A stretch of DNA of 64,000 bases from Octopus bimaculoides. Taxonomy: Eukaryota. The notes beneath the pieces were generated by a model. It made no database searches and was not told the origin of the DNA. It saw only the letters and a program-made list of their open reading frames with translations. The DNA lies in contig NC_068992.1 in NCBI RefSeq assembly GCF_001194135.2, positions 46,210,156-46,274,155 of the forward strand, given 5' to 3'. Below are positions 1 through 10,365 of the stretch, in pieces. A program made the position numbers and the translations under genes. Position 1 is the first letter of the stretch. Each line of letters opens with the position of its first letter.

Positions 1-158
1 CTACACTCTCGGAGTGGTTGGCGTTAGGAAGGGCATCCAGCTGTAGAAACTCTGCCAGATCAGATTGGAGTCTGGTGCATCCTTCTGGCTTGCCAGTCCT
101 CAGTCAAATTGTCCAACCCATGCTAGCATGGAAAGCAGACGTTAAACGATGATAATGA
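1..158 (+). mobile_element. RTE-LINE-derived 3' tail / SINE (family A), ending in a (GAT)n tail
   Basis: Motif gagtggttggcgttaggaagggcatccagctgtagaaac...ccaacccatgctagcatggaaagcagacgttaaacgatgat recurs about 10 times in the window on both strands, always ending in GAT repeats. Confidence 0.85.
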
Positions 159-162
159 AGTA

Positions 163-475
163 TTGAAGGCTGATCTCAAAGCACTGAACCTTGCAAAGGA
201 GATAACAGAAGAGCAAGATATGTGGTGTATTGCTGTACTCGTGAAGACTACTCAAGAAGACCTGTCCACCACAACAACCAAGGTGCCACATCAAAAGCAC
301 CCTGTACATTCTGTAAAGTGGTTGATGTTAGGAAGGGCATACACCTGCAGAAACCAAGTCAAAACAGACTATGGAACCTGGTGTAGCCCCGGCCATTACC
401 AGTTCCTATCAAACCGTCCAAACCATACCAGTATGGAAAATGGAGGTTAAATGCTGCTGCTGCTGCTGATGATGA
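163..475 (+). mobile_element. RTE LINE 3' end: degraded ORF C-terminus plus family-A tail
   Basis: Translation KADLKALNLAKEITEEQDMWCIAVLVKT resembles the RTE ORF C-terminus (DL..L.L..E...DR..WR.AV..K). It is followed by a degenerate family-A tail ending in (GCT)n(GAT)n. Confidence 0.65.
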
Positions 476-479
476 TATA

Positions 480-507
480 TCTACACACAACACACACACG
501 CACGCGT

Positions 508-591
<84 letters not shown>

Positions 592-601
592 NNNNNNNNN
601 N

Positions 602-655
<54 letters not shown>

Positions 656-665
656 TCATATACAC
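480..665. repeat. Compound (CA)n/(TA)n microsatellite spanning a 10-N gap (592-601)
   Basis: Directly visible; explains the HTHT/YIYI pseudo-ORFs. Confidence 0.95.
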
Positions 666-1140
666 CCACACGTATGGATTACCACTCAGCATACGTAATC
701 AACTCCATGAGATCTCAATGTGTGCTAACTAATGAAATAAAAACAGGATATCACAATATTATCAAATTCTGTGTATACACACACACACACACGCACACAC
801 ACAACACACATGTAGACACAATGTATTATCAAGCACAACAATGCGGAATGTTTTCCCTCCACACACACACACACACACACAAACTCCAAGTTTATTAAGT
901 GGATATCAAATACCTCTTGTACCCAAACATCTGTAATAAGCGAGAGCAAGGGGAAAAAGTTGTGAGAAATGAATGGTGTAAATTAGATAATAAAAAAGCC
1001 AAAATATTAGATGTTTACTTATTGGATTATTGAGGTGTGAAGAAAGATACAGAAATTAAGGATTGGTTTGGAGAAATAAAAACAAAACATCCTTTGATAT
1101 ACAAATTGATGTTCTGTAACTGATCTTTTAATTCATACTC

Positions 1141-1640
1141 ATTTAGTCATCACTATCATCACCATCATCAGTGTAAATCTTTATCATCACTGTTGCTGTC
1201 ACCACAATCGATATCATTATCACTATTGTTGTCACCATCACTAACATCATCATCATCATCATTATTAATGATCATCATCATTTTCATCATCATCATCATC
1301 ATTACTGTAATCATCATTGCCATCAACATCACTAACAATGTCATTGTCATCATCACCATCACCCTTATCTTCACCACGACTACCACTCCTAACACTACAA
1401 CAACCATCATCATCATCATCAATGACACTATCTTATTTTTGTCAATATCATCACCAATGATTGTCATATTCACTGTTGATATTATAATTCTCATCATCGC
1501 TATAATCCTCATAACCATCAACATCATAGACAATATCACTATCATCATCATTGTCATTATCAGAACTATTATTACTGTCATCATCATCATCATCATCATC
1601 GTGGTCATCATCATTATTGTCATCGTCTCTGACAATATGA
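1141..1640. repeat. Long degenerate (CAT/ATC)n trinucleotide low-complexity tract
   Basis: About 500 bp of period-3 CAT-type repeats with substitutions; gives poly-I, poly-M and poly-D pseudo-ORFs. Confidence 0.9.
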
Positions 1641-2489
1641 TTATCCGCCAGGATATACCTACAAATTTGGAAGCTACCTATTATTCCCAGCCTTTTCAAC
1701 CTGAACCATTAGCTCTCTAGAATTTTCTCCCAGTTTAATGTCTTTTTTGCAAATGTTAACCTGTCGTAGATTAAAATAAGCATTAGCAGCACAAGGCTTG
1801 CTGATCTCAAAGGGTTTGCTCCTTTCTTCAGACCTAGTTTCTATCTATTAAACTTCATTCACAACATACTGATAAAGTAGAAGCTAAAGTAAGAAGAGAC
1901 TTGCTCAAAGTCCCATACTGCAAACTAACTCCATAACAACACAGCCATGCTTCTGACTTCATTTTGTTTTCTTCCTTGGTAAAAGCTTCTATAATCCACC
2001 AGATATTACACCTGCGCAATTAAAAGTCATAACACTGGCAAAATGATTTTAGTTGGATATCAGAAAACAATGAATTATTAGAGACTGATACAGAAATGCT
2101 AAAAAATTTCATGTGTGCATGGGTGTATTTACATACACTCATATATATATATATTTATGCCAATGTCTATTCTCTATGTAAATGTACTGAAATACACAAG
2201 AACATTTCATATACTCTGCAACTACAAGTCTGCATCAGTGTCATTTCGTATTTTTATATATGAAATACAACTAAATCTATCATCATCATTTATTTTTGTG
2301 TCTGTTAGTCAATGCTAGCATTTGTTGTACAAACATTATTGAAGCATTGTTTCATAGCCTGATGCTTTTCAAGGTACTAACCCTTTCTTGTTTACAAGCA
2401 AGGGATCTATTATTCCACATATCTTTGAAGATGTAAAGACAGTGGAAGACTTGTTGACAAATCCACTTCAGTGATATTTGGAGAAATGT

Positions 2490-3250
2490 AAATACATACA
2501 CATGTAGGTATATGTCTGACGGAGTAGGATACATTCTAGTCACCTGTATAGCTGGCTATTCAAGAAAATGTCATCCTCAATGATTGGTGTAGCAGCATTA
2601 TAGTCAACTGCTACAAGAGTAAAGGAGATTCCTTAGACAGAAGTAATTACAGAGGTATCAAATTGCTGGACCATGTCATGAAAGAAATGGAAAGAGGTAT
2701 AACACAATTAATTAGGAGTAGAATTAAACTAGACGAAATGTGGTTTGGCTTTGTGCCAAGGAGAATGCTCTACTGATGCTATCTTTGTAGACAACTACAG
2801 GAGAAGTATTTGACTAAGACTAAACTATTGCATTTGGAATTTGTTGATCAGAATAGAACCTTTGACAGAGTATCTCACTGGGTGATATGGTGGTCTCTGA
2901 GGAAGCTAGGGATAGGCAATGGCTTGTGAAAGCTGTACAGGTCGTGTTCAGGGGTGTTGTTAGTAAGGTAAGAGTTAGCCATATGTACAACAATGATTTT
3001 GGTGTACAGAGGACATGCACTAGGGCTTAGTTCTCAGTCCCTTCTTATTCATCATTGTCAACAAGATCATAACAGAGGAATTAAAGACTGGTTGCCCCTG
3101 GGAACTGCTTTATGCTGATGATCTTTTCTATTGGCAGATTCTGTAAGAGAACTAGAAAAAAAATTCCAGGCATGAAAGCAAAACTTGGATTTGAAGGGTT
3201 TTAGAAATAATAACTTAGCAAAGACCAAGTAGAGAAGAAAATAGACAGGA
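2490..3250 (+). mobile_element. RTE-clade LINE reverse transcriptase remnant (frameshifted)
   Basis: Pieces translate to NDWCSSIIVNCYKSKGDSLDRSNYRGIKLLDHVMKEMER...RIKLDEMWFGFVP...TFDRVSHWVIWWSLRKLG...VLSPFLFII...TEELKTGCPWELLYADDL, with the RT YADD motif near 3112-3123. Confidence 0.92.
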
Positions 3251-5789
3251 CCCTACTTATTCCTTTACATGAATATAAACTACAGTTTATATTCAAACCT
3301 ATTATTTTAAGGAAATCAATTTCCCCAAATATATTTGGTATTGAACCAGTATTTCCTTGGATGACATCATCCCTTCATGAGGCTATCATAACCTCTATCT
3401 CAATTATATATATATATATGTGTTTGTGTGTATATATATATTATTTCCATTCCATACAATCATTAAAAGGCTTGTCTATTACACAGCTACTACTTCTACA
3501 AAATCAACATATGCAATACAAACAAAACTAAAATATATTAAATACCAGATTTTACCGCCTCTCAATTCAATTTGTATTGGTCAGCATTTTAGTCACAAAT
3601 AAACACAAGAGTGTAAACATATTAACCAATATCTAATTATTCTATTATATATCCTAATCTACCTTGCAGGCTTTTGACCTTTCTACTAAATCATTTCAAA
3701 AGATGTAAATAAATGGTCTGCATTCCAAGATTCCAAACTACTTTGCTAATTACCAAATGTTCAGCTTCAATGAACTACGGGTCAAGTTGCACACTGGACT
3801 GCTATTTACTTATCAGAAAAGTCACTTCACAATTATTAATGAAGTTCCTCAACAAACCCCAAACTAATTTTGTTTTTATTCACTGTCTGTAGAAAGAAAT
3901 GCCAAACCTTGTTTCTCATTCTCATGCTTTATATTTCCTCTATTCGTTGGTGGAATACATCAACACTACTGTAGGACAATTGCTGCTTTATTTTCACACT
4001 GTTCTACCTATGGCAAAAGATTTTTCACCTGTGGGCATGTGTGTGCGCACACGTGCAAGTGTGTGTGTGTGTTTAGGTGTGTTTGTTCACAGTTTTACAG
4101 ATGGCTCAAACAACTATATCTGTATGTTGTGTGTGAGTGTGAATAGCTTCATGGCCATCACTTACAAGTGTGTATGGTGTTCGTGAATGTACCATGGATT
4201 GAATAACAGTTTTAGGAGCTTATGTACTCATGAGCAGACATACATACCCACTTGGTAATTTACCCTTGATGTAGCAGAATACCCTGAGTATGACAACTAG
4301 AAAGAGAGAGGACTGCACAAGTTCTTTATTGCTAATATTGCAATGAAACCACATATGCACAGTTTACACTGAGATAACAACTATTGTGCAAGCTCCAAAT
4401 CTCTAAAGACAGCGATTTTTATTGATGTCATTATATAAACAATTCATTTGTAAATAGGAAGAACATTCATCCACAAACTCCTCCATTACTGTTTCATGAA
4501 TTCCAACATGTAGGCAATAGATACATGAATAGAAACTATTTTGAACCTATCCAAAAGGTAGGAGCTTGGGAGAAAAGAAACAGATGATAAAGGAAGAATA
4601 CTGAGAATGGTGATATTAAATAGCACAAAGTACTTGGTAATTATATAACTTGTGGTAAGCATCTGATGTTTAGAAAAACATGCATGACACAAAAACACTT
4701 GACTCCCATTCTATCTTCATCATAATTATTATTATTATTTGCACATCCCTAAATTGCACTTTCTTCTGGTGACCAATTCCAGTTCAGAGAACATACATAT
4801 CAGTACCAGAAATTGGAACTGCACTGTTAACCTTTCTGATTGCAAACTGGGCTTCCTTTGATTTTATATGTTAATGGTATCAGGAGAGATATTCCATAGA
4901 ATAGCAACTATTTCAATAAAACAGAGTATTCAGTAAAATACGTGTCCACACAGGAAAAAGAGAGACTAGAGAAGAGAACATTTCCTTAACGTTACACCTG
5001 ATGCACATTGAAAATCCTTATAAATAATAAGAAAGATTTTTCATTTATTAACGACCAGTAACATATTGGAATAAATATTTGCAACATTTTCTTGCTTTAG
5101 GCTGGTTTACATTATTAAAACTATTTTAAAAAATTGAAATAAAAAAGTAACTTTAAAATATCTGCTTTATGTGTAAGATGTAAAAGTTATTTATTGTAGT
5201 GACAAGTCAATAGAAGAAGCTGACCAATATTGCTTATAGCAAATGTCAATTGCAATTCCTTAATTTAAATGCAAGCTCTACTGGTCTTTGTATAGTTTTG
5301 GTCAAAAAACAGGAGAACTTTCAAGAACAAATAGTGAGGCTAAAGGCATCGCATATGAAATCTTAAAGTTATTAATTTTGAAATATATTTCAGATCTAAA
5401 AAGCTATTTCTATATTTAACCACTTTCAGATGCTAATGTGAATTTATTTTGAAATATCTCACAGAAAGTTATATTTTCATGAAGAAGACAGCATATTTTA
5501 AACAATTTGACTAATCTTATGCTGAAGTGTTACTACATTAGTTTGTCCATTATACACTTGCAGGGAAATGTATAAGGTGTAAAATATACAAGTAAATACA
5601 TTTAATAACTGCACCATCTTGTTTTGTAAGATAATCAGAGGTGGGTGTAAAACAGTGACCTTGATTTTTACATAACCTTGGCGGGGGCATTAACCCTTAA
5701 ATGTTGCATGAATTGTGTGTCCAATGATAAAAAGTTCTTTTCATAAGAGTAATGCTTATATCTATTTTTACTTTAAATAAGTACAAAAA

Positions 5790-6350
5790 CTATTATATTT
5801 ATGTCTCATTCAATAACATTTACAATCTTATCAAAAGTGCCAGAAAATATCTACAAGACTTGCAAAGCCCTTCTTCCAAAATTCACTTGTCCATGATGAA
5901 AAATACTCCTCCAGTAATATTTTGACCTCATCTGCAGAATTCCTATATCTCCCATCCGAATGATTTTCAAGACTGCAGAATAAATGATAATAAGATGGAG
6001 AAATGTCTGGCAAATATGGTGGTTGGGGCATCATTTCCCATTCAAACTGCTCCAGCCTTTGGAATGCCATCCTTGCTGTATGTGAACGAGTATTATTCTG
6101 ATGAAAGAACACCTTTCATCTTGACACCAAAGATGTTTTTTTTTTCTTCTTTAGCTTGGGGTGCTTGTGTTTTTCCTTTCCCTGCCCACTGTGTTCAGCA
6201 CTTGACATTTTTAAAGAAAACCATTTCTCGTCACCAGTCACTATCTGGTCCAAAAGAGGTTCAGAAACTATCCCTTGTTATTATCAGTATAAAAAATACA
6301 ACAGAACAGCGATAGGCCTAATAGGTAAGTTCTTTGCAATGTAGCTAGCA
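5790..6350 (-). mobile_element. Mariner (Tc1/mariner) transposase remnant with internal deletion
   Basis: Minus strand reads ...DQIVTGDEKWF (first catalytic D motif), HQNNTRSH (HDNARPH-like), WEMMPQPPYLPDISPSYYHLFCSL (YSPDL motif) and EFWKKGF. The sequence between the first and second D motifs is shorter than in a full transposase. Confidence 0.9.
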
Positions 6351-6699
6351 TTCACAAAATGTAATTAAACGAAAAATATATTTACAGAGAATCACAACAC
6401 TGTATGCATTAAGTGACATGTCTGAATAATACTTTAATAATTGATGATAATACACATGAAACTATGATGTGTGTATATATGTATATGTTTTGCAGCATAA
6501 TGTATACAGTCTACATGGTTTCAATTATACAACAAATTGGTGTTTGACATTCTGCTAATTTGTGACGTATGTGAAGCTGCTGATCTCTAATGTAATAGGT
6601 GATGGCAATTAGATGCAGCAGTGATTAGATTCTAATCTAACAGTATATTCTGATACAGGAGGAACTATTAAATGTACTTATGTATGTTCTCTTCTGCTT

Positions 6700-7340
6700 T
6701 TAATTATTTGAATTCTTCCTCTGAGGAAAGAGCAGGTTTCTAACAAAGAAACAAAACTCCATCACTGGAACAATGATAACAAAACAATGTCACTTTCCAT
6801 ACTTGAGAAGAATCTTACATATTTTAACTGTCCTGCTTACAGATTGTATTTGTAATATGCAATTTAGTTGCTTGATTCCTTTTCTGAAAACCCTTACTGT
6901 ATCTGATTGTCAATTAGGCATTTACTCACAAAACAAAGTGCCCCAATTATTATTGGTATAAAAGTAAATTTGTAATCTGGATATAGAAGCTGGAAGTTTT
7001 GAAGCAGCTATCTATAATTATCCCCTTTCTTTTGATTTTCAAAGAGATACTCACACCAGTAAAGATAGCTGACCTCTATGATGGTACATAAATGTTCTTG
7101 TCTGTCCCAAACAACAATATCTGGCCTGTTATGTTAACACTTGACAGATGTTTTAATGGGAAAGTTTGACCAATATATCTTGCGCTGATGTTTCTGTAAA
7201 TATTCAGTGATAGGGTTTTCTCTATATTTATTCCCCAACAGTCATTTTGGTGAACGGCATTGTATATTGTATTTGGAACAATATTATGGTGTATAGATTA
7301 TAAATGAAGTTATATATAAAATTCAACATTAAACTGAAGG
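6700..7340 (-). mobile_element. 5'-truncated RLE-type non-LTR retrotransposon (R4/Dong-like), copy 1
   Basis: Minus strand: YWSNFPIKT, HNRPDIVVWDRQEHLCTIIEVS (PD-(D/E)xK endonuclease, 7104-7127), LLYPDYKFTFIPIIIGAL. The 3' UTR (gttagaaacctgctctttc) is shared with the copies at 31.1 kb and 57.5 kb. Confidence 0.85.
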
Positions 7341-7395
7341 ATCACTCAATACTTTTTGGTAGAATATATATTAACTTTCACAAGGGAAAGAATGT

Positions 7396-7436
7396 CAGTG
7401 ACTTCGAAGTTTTGGCTTGCTTGAGTCATCAGACTA
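7396..7436 (-). ncRNA. Degenerate minimal type-I hammerhead-ribozyme-like motif
   Basis: Minus strand: tagt-CTGATGA-ctcaagcaagcc-AAAAC-TTCGAA-GTC-actg. Helix I is tagt/actg, helix III is the palindrome ACTTCGAAGT, and the triplet is GUC. G12 is changed to A and helix II pairs poorly. Confidence 0.5.
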
Positions 7437-7528
7437 CTTACATATATGCATATATGACAGAACCACATAAATCATCCCACACACTACGTAGATACACATA
7501 CATACACAAACATGTGCATGCGCACATA

Positions 7529-7560
<32 letters not shown>

Positions 7561-8117
7561 GATATATTTAAACATTGTTTCCAAAGCAATAAGTGTAATC
7601 TGCTAACTTTCATGTCCATTGATGGCTGAGTCACATTTTGTTAGTTCTAGTCATTATATAACGACACTAGTCAAGTTAGTCTGTCTTTTCTAATGATGAA
7701 AGTGTAAAAATATTTTGGTTAGAATATATTTTTGTATAAATATTCACGAAGACACACACACACACACACACTTATATATAGTGAAGATTAAATCAGCTTA
7801 TCAAATTCACATCACTAGCACACGTAACTACAATATATCTATATAAGTATTTATATTCACATGTGCTGACTCATACACTCACACACGTGTATGAGTATGT
7901 ATGTATGTATCTATATGTGAGTGTTTTTGTGTAGGTGTATGTTTATGGGAGGTATGAAGGTGTCTTATTTGCATATTTTTATTTACAATATGTGGATGTA
8001 TGTGTGTGTAAGGGAAATAAAGTGAGAAGAAAAAAAGAAAAATGTGAGATTTACTTTATATGTTTTCAATACAGAATATAATGTTCCTGTATATGTATAT
8101 ATCTATATACACAGAGA

Positions 8118-8119
<2 letters not shown>

Positions 8120-8163
<44 letters not shown>

Positions 8164-8205
8164 CACACACACACATATACATACAGATATATACATACAT
8201 ATATA
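8120..8205. repeat. (CA)n/(TA)n microsatellite abutting the Helitron 3' end
   Basis: Directly visible. Confidence 0.9.
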
Positions 8206-8210
8206 ATTAA

Positions 8211-8900
8211 CTAGCAGAGATACCCGGCGTTGCTCAGAATTAAAATGGTATAGTTTGTTTATATATATTACAGTTATGTTGAAACAGGTGATACAGGAAA
8301 GTGCAGCATTGACGACAAAACATTTGTAGAGTAAATGATGGTCTAATTCGACTAGTCGACATGTAATACATTCGTTTGGAGGATTCCGTGCCCTAACCTA
8401 GCGTGGAAAACTGGGGTGGGGGTGTGTAATTTTTGAACCCACCGAAAAGCTGTCAGTGGATATACTCGCCTTTGAGGCGGTCAGCACTGCGTGTAACACG
8501 ACCCATCATATGGTTAACAGTCAAATGAATGGAGGTGTAATGGAGATATTATACGTAGATGGGTACATTCTGGTAATGGGCTGTAATGGGAGACGGTGAC
8601 GGAAAAGTGAACTTTCGAAAGAGGTTGAGGAGGTGCTGTGGTAGTGCTGGCAATCTTACCTTACCACCTGAGCAGCACATGCCACTAGTTTCATTTGGAA
8701 ATTTGAAAGCTTTGCAGAAACAACAATTTGAGTGTAGCACATCAATTTGTACAGAATTATCGTTTTTATAAGGCTGGGATGGATCATATCTGAAAGCAGC
8801 TCCTGGTGTTGTAAGGAACGAATTTGCCTGTGGTCTACTACAGTTCTCTGTTGTTACTGCTTAGATACCAAGTCTTACGTTGCTAGTTTGTATACACTAA
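8211..8900 (-). mobile_element. Internally deleted Helitron: Rep/helicase N-terminal remnant plus 3' terminus
   Basis: Minus strand AAFRYDPSQPYKNDNSVQIDVLHSNCCFCKAFKFPNETSGMCCSGGKVRLPALP matches the C..C.A.KF..E..G.CC..GKV.LP signature of Helitron proteins. The element ends in a GC-rich hairpin remnant (gagcaacgccgggta) followed by CTAG|T at 8211-8214. The 5' boundary is uncertain. Confidence 0.88.
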
Positions 8901-10019
8901 GTTTTTTTGTTGCTTGTATAAATACATACACTGGGTCTTCAGTAGTTAGGTGCATATATAGCAACACTACAGTCCTTAAGTGTCACATGTTATCTATGTC
9001 AATACTTTCTCATCAGTCCTAGAATAATGAAAAAATTAGGGATTTGCAGGAATTTTGTCTGTCAGAGCATGTAAAGTCATTATAACCAATGTCACTATAT
9101 TAACATTGACCTAGATATTTGTGGAATACATTGAAATATCATGTGACACTCTTAAACATACATTTTTCCTCGTAGAATGTCACTTAACAATATACAAAAT
9201 ATATTGTGAAACAAAAAAAAATGTGCATTAAACAAAACAATAGTTGATGGCAAAAGAGAGATGCAGTTTCCCTGGCACTTACTGGAATGGTTAATATGAC
9301 ATTGAGTACAAAAGACACACATTATGAAAATACCTGATTTTGTGAGATGGAAGTGAAATGGATAAAACAGATTTATTGACATGATGCTGATTTCTTTGGT
9401 AGTCTAAAAATATCCGAAGAAATATCAACAAAAAGATAAAATGCAATGAAATAAAACAAGCAATCTTCTTCTCTTCTTCTTCTTTCTCCCATGCTGCCAA
9501 AGATGGACATTGTGTCATTCTCTTTCTGCTGTCAGAATGTCACTACTTAATGTTAGCAATCATTGACAACATTCTTGTGTCATATTGTTGCTGTATCACT
9601 AAACACTGTTGACATGTTCCATAGTAATTTGCAATTTTGTACCTCAGCAATTCTATTCTTGCAAACTCTCTGAGTAATATCAAACTCACAGCCATTTCGC
9701 AAATGAGTGAAAAAAAAGAATATACAATATATCACCAGCAATCTGGTGTATGTAAAAGGAAGTTCTCCCAGAAATCCTGTCCTTTACCTGTTGTTTCTAG
9801 CTTGTCCGAGGTGGTATTTGCGCCGCGCTGATATTTTTCTTAAATTTCTTACACGTGTTTTCAATACAGGAGGATTAGGATTTCGGCCACAAAACACATT
9901 CTCAATATTTTAATTATCTCCCTCTCCATCCCAATTTCTTCATTTTTCACTTTTTCCGAATGTTTTTCTTGGTAATCCATGGAGAAAAAACAGAGTACAA
10001 ATCTTTAAGAATTTTCATC

Positions 10020-10365
10020 TTTATTTTTTCTTAAGGAAACACTAAAATCTCCTTCCCAACCATCCACCCATTACCTCACCACTTTCAAAATGCTAGAAAC
10101 TCTCAATGTTTCACTTTTAGCTTTTTGGAAACCGGGGAAGTATCTTCGGAAATAATGTCATTTACTTGTCGTTTCTAGCATGTCGGATTTTCTAGTGATG
10201 CTCTAATATTTTTTTACGTCTGCTGTTTCAGCACAATTCTATGCATGCATGAAACATCAGCCGAAAGTGAAGCATTGGGTGTTTCTAGCATTTTGAAAGC
10301 AGATAGGAGGATGGGTGGGTGAGGTGGGGAAGGGGCATTGAGCGTTTCTTTAAGAAAAATTAAAC
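10020..10365. mobile_element. Old MITE-like element with ~105-bp imperfect terminal inverted repeats
   Basis: 10020-10122 is the imperfect reverse complement of 10259-10365 (shared core ctttcaaaatgctagaaac...caatg.ttcacttt), with a ~135-bp spacer. Confidence 0.65.

Noticed and set aside
1805-1840. Minus-strand CTGAAGA-aagg..ccttt-GAGA
   Set aside because: GAAA is broken and no helix I or III can be formed.
4458-4557. Exon-like frame KNIHPQTPPLLFHEFQHVGNRYMNRNYFEPIQK; similarly 46810-46953 and 56215-56327
   Set aside because: The splice sites are only moderate, the phases do not chain consistently and no homolog was recognised, so they cannot be distinguished from chance.
6715-6760. CTGAGGA-aagagc.. 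hammerhead-like start
   Set aside because: It is the antisense of the R4-like 3' UTR, with no GAAA core or NUH in register.
7150-7185. Minus-strand RYIGQT resembling a GIY-YIG motif
   Set aside because: A neighbouring frame gives IYWSNFPIKT/HNRPDIVVWD, which matches the RLE LINE copies, so YIGQT is a chance off-frame reading.
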